This document shows, piece after piece, positions 28,138 through 38,820 of a stretch of DNA of 64,000 nt. Below the pieces are notes generated by a model. The model made no database searches and had not been told where the DNA came from. It was given only the letters and a program-made list of their open reading frames with translations. Positions within the stretch are counted from its first letter, which is position 1. The number at the start of each line of letters is the position of its first letter. The DNA comes from Minisyncoccota bacterium. Its GTDB lineage: Bacteria > Patescibacteriota > Minisyncoccia > Phycocordibacterales > UBA2100. Both the position numbers and the translations under genes were made by a program. The stretch is taken from assembly GCA_035559235.1 (NCBI GenBank), contig DATMBM010000010.1:20257-84256 (forward strand), written 5' to 3'.

Positions 28138-28638
28138 ATGAATAGTGACTGGCGGAACGGACTGATCGCACTTGCGGTCCTCGTCGTCGGGATCGGTGGT
28201 TTCTTCGTGTATCAAAATTTCTTTAGCGGCGAGACGCCGCAGGAAAATGGCGAAGTTGCGGGCGAAACGGAAGATTTCTCAAACACTCCGGACGGCACGC
28301 CCGAATCGATTGACGTCCGCCTCAACGAAACGCAAAGTGTCTTGGGCGTGCGCGTCAATCCGGTAGAAGTCGTCGAAGATAGCCGCTGCCCGGCGGATGT
28401 CGAGTGCATTCAAGCAGGCACGGTGCGCGTCCGCGCACTTGTCACGGGGCGCGGCCAAGCGGAGGCGTCGGAAATCATGTTCGAGCTGGACACGCCGATG
28501 ACCGTCGGAGACGATACCGTCACTTTGATCGCGGTCTCACCGGAGCCGCAATCTGAAGGTACGATTTCCCCCGAGAACTACCTCTTTACATTCATGGTCG
28601 TCAAAGGCGGCGCATTGGTTGAATTCAACAAGGGCTAA
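28138..28638 (+). CDS. Membrane-anchored exported protein
   Basis: N-terminal TM; EDSRCPADVECIQAG motif. Confidence 0.75.
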   Translation: MNSDWRNGLIALAVLVVGIGGFFVYQNFFSGETPQENGEVAGETEDFSNTPDGTPESIDVRLNETQSVLGVRVNPVEVVEDSRCPADVECIQAGTVRVRALVTGRGQAEASEIMFELDTPMTVGDDTVTLIAVSPEPQSEGTISPENYLFTFMVVKGGALVEFNKG

Positions 28639-28796
28639 ATGACTTTTCTATTGGCGTTGTGGGAGGCAAACGGTATGCCTCCCGCACGAATGCGTATATA
28701 CCGCTCTTTGACCTACTCCCTGCCTGTCTCACGCTTGGCTTTTTGACGAATCCGGATTAATATTGTCAAACCTGCCTCGCGACCGAGGCTTTTTAT

Positions 28797-30590
28797 ATGG
28801 AAATCAGAAATATTGCGATTATCGCCCACGTTGACCACGGAAAGACGACCCTGACGGATGCAATTCTGCGTCAGACGGGTGCGGCACAAGAAGGCGTGAC
28901 GATGGACAGTAACAAGCTGGAACAAGAGCGCGGCATCACCATCTACGCGAAAAACGCGGCGGTGATGTATAGGGATACGAAAATCAATATCGTCGACACG
29001 CCGGGGCACGCGGATTTCGGTTCGGAAGTCGAGCGTGTCTTGCGATCGATCGATAGTGTGCTTCTCGTCGTCGACGCACAGGAAGGCCCGATGCCGCAGA
29101 CGCGCTTCGTCCTCAAGAAATCTCTCGAACTCGGGCTGAAACCGATTGTCGTCATCAATAAAATCGACAAGCCGGCGGCAGACCCGCATCGCGCGGAAGA
29201 ACAAGTCTTGGAACTCTTTTTGGAACTTGGCGCCTCGAATGAGCAGGCGGAATTTCCCGTCGTGTATGCGATCGGGAAACTTGGCATTGCGAAACGGAAG
29301 CTCGACGAGGAATCGAAGGATCTGACACCGCTCCTTGACGCGATTTTGGAAAAGGTGCCGTCCGCCTCGGCTTCGCCTCAGCGAGACGGGGTTGCCGTGC
29401 GCGCACAACCATTTAATCTCGCCTACGACAACTTTCTCGGCCGTCTCGCCGTCGTGCGTGTGTATAAGGGCACATTGAAAACGGGCGCAAGCATCTTTGT
29501 AAAAAAGCCGTCGGGGGAAGTCCGCGCAGGGAAGATCACGAAAATGTTTACCTTCGAAGGCCTGAAGCGCGTCGAGGCGCAAGAAGTCCCGCCGGGCGAC
29601 ATCGCGCTCATTGCCGGCATTCCCGATATCGAAATCGGGGAAACGGTGACGACCGACAAGGATGCGGAGCCCTTGCCCGCCATCGCCGTCGACGAACCGA
29701 CGATTACCCTCAATTTCCTCGTGAATAATTCGCCGTTTGGCGGACGCGAGGGGAAGTTTGTCACCTCGCGCCAGCTGCGCGACCGGCTCGAAAAAGAATT
29801 GGAAATCAACGTGGGACTACGCGTCGATTTCGAGAACCCCGACAATTTTAAAGTCTCCGGTCGGGGGGAATTGCACATCGCGATCCTTTTGGAAAACATG
29901 CGGCGCGAAGGATATGAGATGCAGGTCTCGCAGCCGCAGGTGATTGTGCGCGAAGAAAACGGCATAAAGACGGAACCGTTCGAGGAAGTCGTCATCGATA
30001 TCCCGTCACGATATCAGGGCGCGATCATTGAGCGACTCGGCATGCGCGGCTTTGTGATGCAGAATCTCGTGGTTCACGGCGATACGGTGCGCCTGATTTT
30101 TGAAGGTCCGACCCGCGGGCTCCTCGGTTACCGCAACCAATTCATCATCGATACCAAGGGCGAGGGCATCATTGCCGCGCGCGTCATAGGCTTCAAGCCG
30201 TTTGCGGGAGACATCAGGAAGCGACCGCAGGGCTCGATGATTTCGATGGCGACCGGGAAGGCGCTCGGCTTTTCTCTGTGGAATTTGCAGGATCGCGGCC
30301 GACTCTATATCGGCCCGGCGACCGAGGTGTACGAAGGGCAGGTGATTGGGGACACGTCGAAAGGCGAGGAGATGACGGTGAATCCGACGAAGGGGAAGAA
30401 CCTCACCAACGTCCGCGCGTCCGGAAGCGACGAGGCGATCCAGCTCATCCCGCCGTATGAATTGACGATCGAACGAGGGCTTGAACTTATGCAAAAGGAC
30501 GAATACCTGGAAGTGACGCCGCAGTCGGTGCGCCTCCGCAAAATCCACCTTACGGAAACTGACCGCGCGCGTGCTGCGCGAAAAGAGTAG
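28797..30590 (+). CDS. typA: Translational GTPase TypA/BipA
   Basis: AHVDHGKTT, DTPGHADF, NKID, GRGELH, NVRASGSDEA. Confidence 0.96.
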   Translation: MEIRNIAIIAHVDHGKTTLTDAILRQTGAAQEGVTMDSNKLEQERGITIYAKNAAVMYRDTKINIVDTPGHADFGSEVERVLRSIDSVLLVVDAQEGPMPQTRFVLKKSLELGLKPIVVINKIDKPAADPHRAEEQVLELFLELGASNEQAEFPVVYAIGKLGIAKRKLDEESKDLTPLLDAILEKVPSASASPQRDGVAVRAQPFNLAYDNFLGRLAVVRVYKGTLKTGASIFVKKPSGEVRAGKITKMFTFEGLKRVEAQEVPPGDIALIAGIPDIEIGETVTTDKDAEPLPAIAVDEPTITLNFLVNNSPFGGREGKFVTSRQLRDRLEKELEINVGLRVDFENPDNFKVSGRGELHIAILLENMRREGYEMQVSQPQVIVREENGIKTEPFEEVVIDIPSRYQGAIIERLGMRGFVMQNLVVHGDTVRLIFEGPTRGLLGYRNQFIIDTKGEGIIAARVIGFKPFAGDIRKRPQGSMISMATGKALGFSLWNLQDRGRLYIGPATEVYEGQVIGDTSKGEEMTVNPTKGKNLTNVRASGSDEAIQLIPPYELTIERGLELMQKDEYLEVTPQSVRLRKIHLTETDRARAARKE

Positions 30591-30619
30591 CCGACCAAGA
30601 TCCTGTTACAATAGCCGGG

Positions 30620-31879
30620 ATGCCGGAAATTGCGGAGATCGTCGAACTCGTGTCGAACTACAGCCTTCTTTTTATCGCCGGAGGCGCGGTCGTGCTCGCG
30701 CTCGTAAGCGCGTACGCAGGCGGACTGATCGTGACGCGGACGGAGGGGACGAATTACGTGACAGGCGAAATCGACGCGCTCGCGGAGCGGATGAAAGAGG
30801 CCGAGCAGATCGGCCATTTCGGCAGCTTCCTGTGGGATTTTGAGGACCCGAAGCAGTCATTCTGGACGCCGCAATTGTTTGCGCTGTTTGAGACTGAATA
30901 CAATACCCCGCCGACACCCGAGCAGTTTCTTGCGTTTGCGGAGACGAGAGAACGAGAAAGGGTTGCGGATGCCTGGAAGAAAATATTGGTCACGTCGGGC
31001 CCGTTCTCCCTCACGTTCGCGGCGGTCTCACACAAGGGGCGGCATATGTACGTGCGCGTGCAGGGCAAGATGACGCCGAAGCGTGACGGCCTTGCGCCGA
31101 AGCGTATCGAGGGCGTCATCACGGACGTCACGCGCGAAATGGAGGTGGATAAAGCCAAGACCGAGTTCGTCTCGCTCGCCTCGCACCAATTGAAAACCCC
31201 GCTTACTTCCATCAGCTGGCTCGCCGAGTCGCTCATGCGCGGGACGAAGGGAGCGCTCCAGGACGACCAGCGCACCTATGTCGCCAACATCCAGGACGCG
31301 GCAAGCCGCATGATCGCGATGGTGAATGATCTGCTCAACGTTTCGCGCATCGAACTCGACACGCTCGCCATACGGCCTGAAGAACTGGATGCGTGCGGAT
31401 TGATGACGAGCGTTATCGACGAGCAGAAGCATGCCGCCGACGCGAAAAAGATCTCCCTTGATTTCACCTGTGCACCGAATCTTCCGCATCTCACGGCCGA
31501 CAAACAACTGTTGCGGATGATCTTCCAGAACCTTCTTTCGAACGCTATCAAGTACACGCCTGAAGGCGGTAACGTTACGTGCGACATGTCCCTTGCCGAG
31601 GCGGGACGCGAAGTCGTCTTTTTAAGCGTCAAGGATTCCGGTATCGGCATTCCAAAAGACGAACAGCCGCGCATTTTCGAGAAGCTCCATCGTGCATCCA
31701 ACGCGCAGAACCTCGTCCCCGACGGCACCGGCCTCGGGCTCTACCTCGTAAAAACCATCCTGGACCGCGTCGGAGGCGGTATCAGCTTCGAATCGGTTGA
31801 AGGCCAGGGCACGACGTTCTTCGTCACGATCCCGTTTACCTGGAAGGCGCGTGGGGACAAGCCGCTCGCGGGCGTCTAA
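30620..31879 (+). CDS. Sensor histidine kinase (TM, PAS-like, HisKA, HATPase)
   Basis: SHQLKTPLT, NLLSNAIKY, DSGIGI, GTGLGL. Confidence 0.92.
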   Translation: MPEIAEIVELVSNYSLLFIAGGAVVLALVSAYAGGLIVTRTEGTNYVTGEIDALAERMKEAEQIGHFGSFLWDFEDPKQSFWTPQLFALFETEYNTPPTPEQFLAFAETRERERVADAWKKILVTSGPFSLTFAAVSHKGRHMYVRVQGKMTPKRDGLAPKRIEGVITDVTREMEVDKAKTEFVSLASHQLKTPLTSISWLAESLMRGTKGALQDDQRTYVANIQDAASRMIAMVNDLLNVSRIELDTLAIRPEELDACGLMTSVIDEQKHAADAKKISLDFTCAPNLPHLTADKQLLRMIFQNLLSNAIKYTPEGGNVTCDMSLAEAGREVVFLSVKDSGIGIPKDEQPRIFEKLHRASNAQNLVPDGTGLGLYLVKTILDRVGGGISFESVEGQGTTFFVTIPFTWKARGDKPLAGV

Positions 31880-31898
31880 CGCACGCTATACTCACGGC

Positions 31899-32282
31899 AT
31901 GGCAGACAAAAAAACGGTACTGGTGGTGGAAGACGAAGCTCCGGCGGTGCTCGCGCTTGGCGACGTGCTGAAGGGTGAGGGGTTTGAGGTTTTGACCGCA
32001 CGCACCGGCAAAGAAGGCCTCGCAACCGCGATCGTGAAGCATCCCGATATGATCCTTGCCGATCTGAAGATGCCGGAAATGGGCGGGCTCGAGATGGTGC
32101 GCGAATTGCGGAACGATACGTGGGGGAAAGACGTGCCCGTCATGATCCTCACAAACGTCTCCGACGGGACGGTCGTCGAAGAGGCGCAAGAAGCGGGCGC
32201 CATCGAATATTTCATCAAGGGCGACATGCACATGGAGGACATCATCGCGCGCATCCGCGCGCGGCTTGGCATGGAGAAGTAG
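31899..32282 (+). CDS. Single-domain response regulator
   Basis: VLVVED, DLKMP, ILTN, FIK. Confidence 0.9.
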   Translation: MADKKTVLVVEDEAPAVLALGDVLKGEGFEVLTARTGKEGLATAIVKHPDMILADLKMPEMGGLEMVRELRNDTWGKDVPVMILTNVSDGTVVEEAQEAGAIEYFIKGDMHMEDIIARIRARLGMEK

Positions 32283-32297
32283 GCGCGCCTTTTTTGT

Positions 32298-32799
32298 ATG
32301 ATACGTCCCATGCATCCGTGGGACGTGACGGTGGATGAGGCGGCGCAGATCCAACGTGCATTGCGCGGAAATCCGACTTGAAAAGCTTTTGGCTGCGCCG
32401 AAGACGATTGCGGGCGTCGACGTGTCCAGCAACCGATTCTCAAACGAATTGTATGCCGGCGTCGTCGTGCTGTCGTTCCCGGATCTCGCTGAAACTGGGC
32501 GCGCATTGGCGAAAGCGACGACGAACTTTTCGTATGTGCCAGGTTTCCTGTCATTTCGCGAAATCCCGGTGCTGTTGAAGGCGTTTAAGAAATTGAAGAC
32601 GAAGCCGGATGTGCTTTTTGTGGACGGACAAGGCATCGCGCACCCGCGACGGATGGGAATCGCGTCGCACCTTGGGTTGGTGCTGGATACGCCATCGATC
32701 GGTGTCGCGAAACGTGTTTTGTATGGTGTCGGCCGCGAGCCTGCGGCCGCGGCAGGTACCGCGTTTCTGTGCCGACTTGCCGCGCGCACGACGTGGTGA
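32298..32799 (+). pseudogene. nfi: Endonuclease V, frameshifted and 3'-truncated
   Basis: MHPWDVT..EA..IQ in one frame, then AGVDVS, YVPGFLSFRE, DGQGIAHPRRMGIASH, IGVAK in another; C-terminal part missing. Confidence 0.8.
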
Positions 32800-32855
32800 A
32801 CGCCTTTCGCCGCGGTGAAATATTCTGACTGGCGCCGCGTTGGTAGGATACTGCT

Positions 32856-33476
32856 ATGCGCATTCTCGCGACCATCGTTCTCCTCCTCGTCGTTGCCGCG
32901 GGTGTGTGGTTCTATTTCGAAACGCAAGACCAAGGCGCGCACATACCGGACATGAACATGAGCGAGCCGACGAATTTCAACGAAGTCGGCGTCCTTCGTT
33001 TCCCGCCCGTCACCAGCGGGCAGTCGCAGGGGAAGTTTGAATACGACGGCGGGGCGGGCACGACGACGCTCGCGATCGAGATGGACACGCTCTCCGTCTG
33101 TGCGGCAGAAAACGGTGCGACACCGTGCGTCGCGATGAGTATCACGTTCGACCAGGTTTTTGATGGGCGTGCAGCGCTTATCGAGGGTACGCGGGAGGGG
33201 AATACGATCTTGGTGCGTAAAATGCGTATTACACGCGCCGGCGAGGAACTCCGGTCGTTCGAGCCGGGCGACACGTTTATTTCGTGGTATCACGCCATGG
33301 AACTTTTGAAGAATTGCGAGGTAAAAATGGCGATGCAGACGCACGCGCTCGATGTCTACCTTACGCTTAAAGACGGGCGGCGCGTCCGTGCCGTCGAGCC
33401 GACGATCGACGAGATGTTCCGTGTCATAAACGCGACGCGCGGTGCCTGCGGCACCTTCCCAGTCGCGACGGAGTAG
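32856..33476 (+). CDS. Membrane-anchored exported protein, Cys-containing
   Basis: N-terminal TM; TAGGAT 6 nt before the ATG. Confidence 0.7.
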   Translation: MRILATIVLLLVVAAGVWFYFETQDQGAHIPDMNMSEPTNFNEVGVLRFPPVTSGQSQGKFEYDGGAGTTTLAIEMDTLSVCAAENGATPCVAMSITFDQVFDGRAALIEGTREGNTILVRKMRITRAGEELRSFEPGDTFISWYHAMELLKNCEVKMAMQTHALDVYLTLKDGRRVRAVEPTIDEMFRVINATRGACGTFPVATE

Positions 33477-33533
33477 GCAGGATATTCACATTTTTCTCAC
33501 CCTCGTGCGCTGGAATGGCGCTATAGTAAGCGT

Positions 33534-34052
33534 ATGGCAGGACCAATGACACCACAGAAACGCCGCGCGATCGCGCGGAAAAATATCAAGAAAGCGCAGG
33601 CGCGCTGGAAAGCCATGTCGCACCGCGAACGCGCGCTTGCGCAGCCGCAGGGCCGCGGCCGCAAAAAGCCGGGCTCGACCGGCAAGGGGCACTTCTATCG
33701 CATCATGGTTCGTCCCAAGAGCGAGTTCGTGACCTTCCGTGTGCAGGATGTCGGCGGGAAGGGCGGCCTCGAGCGCCTGGCCGGCAAGCGATCGAGCGGA
33801 TCGTGGGATACGGTCTCATGGCTGATTGAAAAGAAAGACGCAAAGGTGATGTCGAACGGACAGTTGCGCGTGACCGGCGCGAAAGCCCGTAGTGTCCTAA
33901 AAAACATCCGCGGCCCCATCATGCACGTGAAAGGCGATATTTTCCAGGCCCACTCGCGCCGGAATATCCCCGAGGCAGAGAAGCCGACCGCGGCGATGCG
34001 ACGCGCGCAGCGCAAAAACATCAAGAAGGCGCATCGGTCTCGCTGGGGATAG
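33534..34052 (+). CDS. Highly basic hypothetical protein
   Basis: RKNIKKA at both ends; TATAGT 6 nt before the ATG. Confidence 0.75.
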   Translation: MAGPMTPQKRRAIARKNIKKAQARWKAMSHRERALAQPQGRGRKKPGSTGKGHFYRIMVRPKSEFVTFRVQDVGGKGGLERLAGKRSSGSWDTVSWLIEKKDAKVMSNGQLRVTGAKARSVLKNIRGPIMHVKGDIFQAHSRRNIPEAEKPTAAMRRAQRKNIKKAHRSRWG

Positions 34053-34084
34053 CAGCTTCTTCATAATCCGGTATACTACCGCGC

Positions 34085-34777
34085 ATGGATCTCGTGCGCG
34101 GCAATACCGATCTGGAGGCGCTCAACCAGCAATTGAACGATCCGCAGCTCCTTGCGGAATACAAGCGGCCGTATGACGACTACCAGACCGCAGCGCTTCC
34201 GCGCCTGTTGGGGCACTTTCTCGTATGGGCGGGGAACCTGGTGTACGGAGAAGAACCGTCGTATCTGAAATTCCGCGCGGTCGAAGTGATCGCGCGCGTC
34301 CCGTATCATTCATGGGCTTCGGCTGCGTACACGCTTCTCACGCTCTATTATAGAGATGAGAAGCGGGCGATGGCGCTTGCAAACGTTTCGAAGTATTCGC
34401 GCATCGCGCAAGATAACGAAACGATGCATGTCGTCGTTATCTCGCACTTCGCCGCGCAAGAAGGCCGCGCAGGATATTTCCGCCATACGTTCGTCCCGAT
34501 GTTCTTCGCGTTCTTTTATTTTTGGTGGGGTTATTTTTTGTACCTTATCAATCCGCGCTACTCGTACGAGCTTAACTACATGTTTGAAAATCATGCCTTC
34601 GAGCAATACAACCGGTTCTTGGCTGAGCGCGGCGAGGAGCTGAAGCGGAAGCCCGCCGAGAGTGAATTTCTAACGTGGTACGGCCGCAATCCGCGCAACC
34701 AATACGAGTTTTTCCTTTCGGTGCGCAACGATGAGATCATCCACCGCAATACGTCAATCAGAGAAATCGACGCTTAG
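34085..34777 (+). CDS. Alternative oxidase/PTOX-like di-iron carboxylate protein
   Basis: EVIARVPY, DNETMH, FENHA..QY, RNDEIIH ligand pattern. Confidence 0.75.
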   Translation: MDLVRGNTDLEALNQQLNDPQLLAEYKRPYDDYQTAALPRLLGHFLVWAGNLVYGEEPSYLKFRAVEVIARVPYHSWASAAYTLLTLYYRDEKRAMALANVSKYSRIAQDNETMHVVVISHFAAQEGRAGYFRHTFVPMFFAFFYFWWGYFLYLINPRYSYELNYMFENHAFEQYNRFLAERGEELKRKPAESEFLTWYGRNPRNQYEFFLSVRNDEIIHRNTSIREIDA

Positions 34778-34851
34778 ACTGTCGCCCATGTATCACTTTC
34801 TATACCATGGTATAGAAAGTGATACATTGTTTATTTTGCCGACAAGAGTGT

Positions 34852-35404
34852 TTATTCCACAAGTTCGGCAGAGACGATGAGGCGATGTGTGTAGGTGCCG
34901 AGGGTCCGGCTAAAGCGCCTGCGCAGGTGATGAGCATCAAGCCGCGAGCCTCCCGTTCATGCACGATTTCAGCCATCGGCACATCATGGAGCGCATAGAC
35001 GCGCGAATCAGTAATGACAAAATGGAGTGTCTCGCCACCTGCGGTCTCGACCGTTATTTCATCGCCGACATTTGCCCGGTGCAATTTTTTGAACGCGCGT
35101 ACACATGTGCGTCCATGATTGCGTTGCCTAAATCCCCTGGGACGGCGCCATACTGATACCAGCCGACGTTGCGCGTCGAGCCATCCGGGACGTCGATTTC
35201 ACCCTTACCGTTAATTCCAACGTTTTGTATCGGAGCAGTCAGGCCAATTGACGGAATCGCGATGCGTGCGGGGTATTCCGAAGGATCGTGTACATAGTCG
35301 TCGGCGAATGCCGAAGCAAGAGCGATGACGGGTTCGACGCCGACGTTAAAATGCGGCGTTCCGAGAATCGCCGCGACCATGAGAGCGACACATGATTTCC
35401 GCAT
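34852..35404 (-). pseudogene. Class F sortase with two frameshifts
   Basis: RIAIPSIG, VGWY, AHV / LHRANVGD...LITCAG / TYTHRLIV segments lie in different frames. Confidence 0.75.
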
Positions 35405-35482
35405 GAAGCATTGTCAGTATATCCAAACGACGGCTCAAACAAAAGGTTTTTCATTCATGAACTTCATGATACGATGCATGCA

Positions 35483-35665
35483 TGCTCAAGTATGTCGCTG
35501 CTCTCGTCATTGTAATTGCCGCCGTAGTCGGCGGGTTTTTGCGCTTAATTCCTATATCTACGATGAGAAGCAGGCTGGGGAAACGGACTATCGCGATGTT
35601 ACATTCGCAATAGACGGCCAGTTGATGACTCGGGCAACTCCCGGCGTCACGTATTTCGGGAGAGG
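35483..35665 (+). pseudogene. Frameshifted 5' fragment of an exported-protein gene
   Basis: MLKYVAALVIVIAAVVGG, frameshift, then FALNSYIYDEKQ...TYFG; ends abruptly. Confidence 0.5.
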
Positions 35666-35667
35666 GT

Positions 35668-36431
35668 GTCGGCGGCGATGTCGCGGTCGGCGGCGGAGTA
35701 CTGACCATAACGGCACCGGTTACCGGCGACCTGAAATTCGGCGGCGGGGAAGTGCGGATTGATGCGCCGATTGGCGGAACGTCGAGATCATGGCGGATAG
35801 AGTTACGCTCGGCCCGCGGGCAGTCATCAGCGGGGATTTGACCTACACGGCGCCGCAGGAGGCGACGATGGAAGAAGGCGCACTGGTGCGTGGCGAGATC
35901 AACTTTGAACGTCGCGAGGGCAGAAGCGATGTCGATGTCGCCGGAGCCGCCGCGGGCTTTATCACGCTCTTGCTCGTTGCAAAATTGTTGATGTCGATTG
36001 TCGGGGCATTTGCAATCGGATACTTATTCCATCGCTATTCCCGTGAATTGGTCGCAACGGCCGCGACGCAGCCGCTTTTGGAGATCGGCCGCGGCGCCGT
36101 CTTCCTCATCGTTGTGCCGGTCGCCTCGATTATCGTGCTCGTCACGATTATCGGCATGCCGCTCGGTATCCTCGGCCTTCTCATATACGTAGCCTCGCTC
36201 CTTTTCGTCTCGCTCGCCGCGCCTATCGTTGCGGGATCGATCGTGCACAAGTGGATCTGGAAACCAGCTGGATACGAAGTTAATTGGAAAACGATTCTCC
36301 TTGGCGTCGCAGTGCATTTTGTCCTCGGCCTTATTCCGTTCCTCGGATGGCTCGTCAACTTCGGCATCATGCTGCTTACGCTAGGCGCGGCCGTGCGCAT
36401 CCAATGGGGCATTGCGAAAGAGTGGCGGTAA
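35668..36431 (+). pseudogene. 5'-truncated membrane protein with polymer-forming (bactofilin-like) beta-helix repeats
   Basis: VGGDVAVGGG...VTGDL...GGEVRIDAPIGG, frameshift, then ORF 35790-36431 with several TM helices. Confidence 0.6.
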
Positions 36432-36473
36432 CGGTATGACAACATCGTGAGCGCGATGCGGTAAAATAGCATC

Positions 36474-36959
36474 ATGCGACGGCGCGTCATTCTTTCGCTT
36501 TTGTTGGCACTCCTGGTCGGCGGGTTCCTTTTGACTGCGGCACTCCTTGGTATGGGAGAAGGGGGGACGGAGCGCCTTGGATTCATCGATGGCGTCACGA
36601 CCAACGGAAATTACGGTGTTATTTTTGACGAAGCCGAATGGCTTACTGGAGCAGAAGGCGAAGACGCCGCTATCGAGGCGGGCCTCTGCACCGAGGCGAC
36701 GCGCTCCAGCTGTCTTCCAAACGACTACATCATCAGGAATACGTCGGGAGCGACCCGTGTCTATGAATTCGCAAACGACGTCGTGATCACGATGCAGACG
36801 CTACGTATGGAGCAGGAAGGTGTGCGCCCGACGGTGATTTCCCGGCAGGAATTCGAGCAGCTCATAAATAATCCCAGTCAGCACTGGCGTGACCTGCCGT
36901 ACCGGATCACCATTCACAATGGCCTTGTGCGCAAAGTTGATGAAGTCTACGTGCCATAA
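36474..36959 (+). CDS. Exported hypothetical protein
   Basis: N-terminal TM; PNDYIIRN, EVYVP end. Confidence 0.7.
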   Translation: MRRRVILSLLLALLVGGFLLTAALLGMGEGGTERLGFIDGVTTNGNYGVIFDEAEWLTGAEGEDAAIEAGLCTEATRSSCLPNDYIIRNTSGATRVYEFANDVVITMQTLRMEQEGVRPTVISRQEFEQLINNPSQHWRDLPYRITIHNGLVRKVDEVYVP

Positions 36960-37028
36960 ACTTCATCATTTCTTGGTCCATTTTCGACAATGGTGTAAGG
37001 TAAGAAGCGCGACCTCGTCCATATGTAC

Positions 37029-38228
37029 ATGCAAAACACACGCACCGCGTTTTCTGCTATCGCAGGAGCGGCGCTCTTCGTCTGCGCGTTCATGCCTTTA
37101 CACGCTGACGCCGCAGTGATTTCAAAACCCTTCGAGATTTCAGGCTGGATCCCGTACTGGCGCGCAGCAACCGGTACGGCAGATATCATGCCGCATTTGG
37201 AGACATTCACCGAGGTGAATCCGTTTGGGTATACCGTCACCGAAAACGGAAATCTCAACGACGCCGCGCTTATCCTTATGGAGCCGTGGACGACGCTGCA
37301 GAAGGAGGCAAAGGCGAAAGGGGTACGCTACATCCCGACGGTCATGTGGTCGAATGCGGAAGCGATGCACACGGTCTTGAGCGACCCGAAGAAGCGCGCC
37401 GCACATATCAAGCAGATCGTCGACGAGGTCTACACGCACGGATTCGACGGGATCGACATTGACTACGAGGGCAAGTACTTGAAAACAAAACCGCACTTCT
37501 CGAAATTCCTGGAAGAACTCTACGCGGCAATGGGCGACAAGTGGGTGATGTGCACGATCGAGAGCCGCACGCCGCTTTCCGATCGCTACCACGGCACAAC
37601 GCCTCCGGCGGACGCGGGAGAATACGTAAACGATTTCGCGGTGATCAACAAGTACTGCGATCGTGTCCGGTTCATGACATATGACCAGCGCAATGTGGAC
37701 CAGAAACGCGAATCCGAGGTGACAGAGCCGTATGCGCCCGTCGCCGATACCGTATGGGTTGAGAAGACTATCCGCGAGGCGATGAAATCGATTCCCGCGC
37801 GCAAAATCGTCCTCGGCATTCCGACGTATGGGTACGAATGGGAAGTGCGCACCTATGCAAACAATCAGCACACCTACGACCTCCTCTGGACGTTCAATCC
37901 GCAGTATGGATGGGATCTCGCGAACGAATACAACATAACACCGGGCCGCAACGCCGGTGGCGAATTGGGATTCACGTACTTCCCAAAGGATGGACCGCTC
38001 TCGCTGCCGCGTCCCGCGACGGCATGGCCGTTCAACCTTGTCGCATCAGCCGCGTCCGCGCTCACTACGGCGCAAAACACGAACATGGCGTATCGCATGG
38101 TCACGTGGCAGGACGCGCAAGCTATCGGCGACAAGGTCGCGCTCGCAAAGAAATTAGGCATCCGCGGCGTCGCCGTTTTCAAGATTGACGGAGGCGAAGA
38201 TCCCAAGATGTGGGATGTGTTGAAATAA
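37029..38228 (+). CDS. Secreted glycoside hydrolase family 18
   Basis: Signal peptide; FDGIDIDYE, MTYD, LGIPTYG. Confidence 0.88.
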   Translation: MQNTRTAFSAIAGAALFVCAFMPLHADAAVISKPFEISGWIPYWRAATGTADIMPHLETFTEVNPFGYTVTENGNLNDAALILMEPWTTLQKEAKAKGVRYIPTVMWSNAEAMHTVLSDPKKRAAHIKQIVDEVYTHGFDGIDIDYEGKYLKTKPHFSKFLEELYAAMGDKWVMCTIESRTPLSDRYHGTTPPADAGEYVNDFAVINKYCDRVRFMTYDQRNVDQKRESEVTEPYAPVADTVWVEKTIREAMKSIPARKIVLGIPTYGYEWEVRTYANNQHTYDLLWTFNPQYGWDLANEYNITPGRNAGGELGFTYFPKDGPLSLPRPATAWPFNLVASAASALTTAQNTNMAYRMVTWQDAQAIGDKVALAKKLGIRGVAVFKIDGGEDPKMWDVLK

Positions 38229-38333
38229 TTGCGCGTAACCGCCTAGGATCTCCGCGCATGCCGCGGATTTTTTGTTGAGAAATGGCATCGGCTTCACCGC
38301 TTTGTCATGCGCTGACGCTACCATTGGCGTCAT

Positions 38334-38732
38334 ATGAAAACACGTACTAAAGCAACGCTCGGCGCGGCGGCTGCGGCAACAGGCGCCGCTCTCGCCGCTG
38401 CCTATTATCTCTACGGGTCTGAAGACGCCGCGAAGCATCGGCGGCAATTGAAGAAGTGGGCACGGGACGCGGAACGCGAGATCGTGCAGGCGGCTCGCAA
38501 AGCGAAAAACAAGGTGCTGACCGACCGTAATGTCCGTGCACTCATAACCGAGGCGGCGCACCGGTACCGCATGACCAAGGATCTCGATCCGAAGGACGTG
38601 CGTGACTTTGTCGCGAGGATGCAGAGCCGCTGGTATGCCGTCCGCGAGGCGCTGGAAGAGGAGGGAACGAAGGGGAAACGTGCAAAGCGCGGCAGGCAAC
38701 GACGAGTGCGAACGGCGAAAAAGTCCCGATAA
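38334..38732 (+). CDS. Basic membrane-anchored hypothetical protein, YtxH-like
   Basis: Ala-rich TM ending AYYLYG, then a basic helical tail. Confidence 0.65.
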   Translation: MKTRTKATLGAAAAATGAALAAAYYLYGSEDAAKHRRQLKKWARDAEREIVQAARKAKNKVLTDRNVRALITEAAHRYRMTKDLDPKDVRDFVARMQSRWYAVREALEEEGTKGKRAKRGRQRRVRTAKKSR

Positions 38733-38820
38733 TTGGCCGCGACGCATTGTGCAATCCAGACTTTGATTGCAAAGTGCGATATTCACTTGCGGCACATGGA
38801 GGGTACGAGACAATGGTGGT

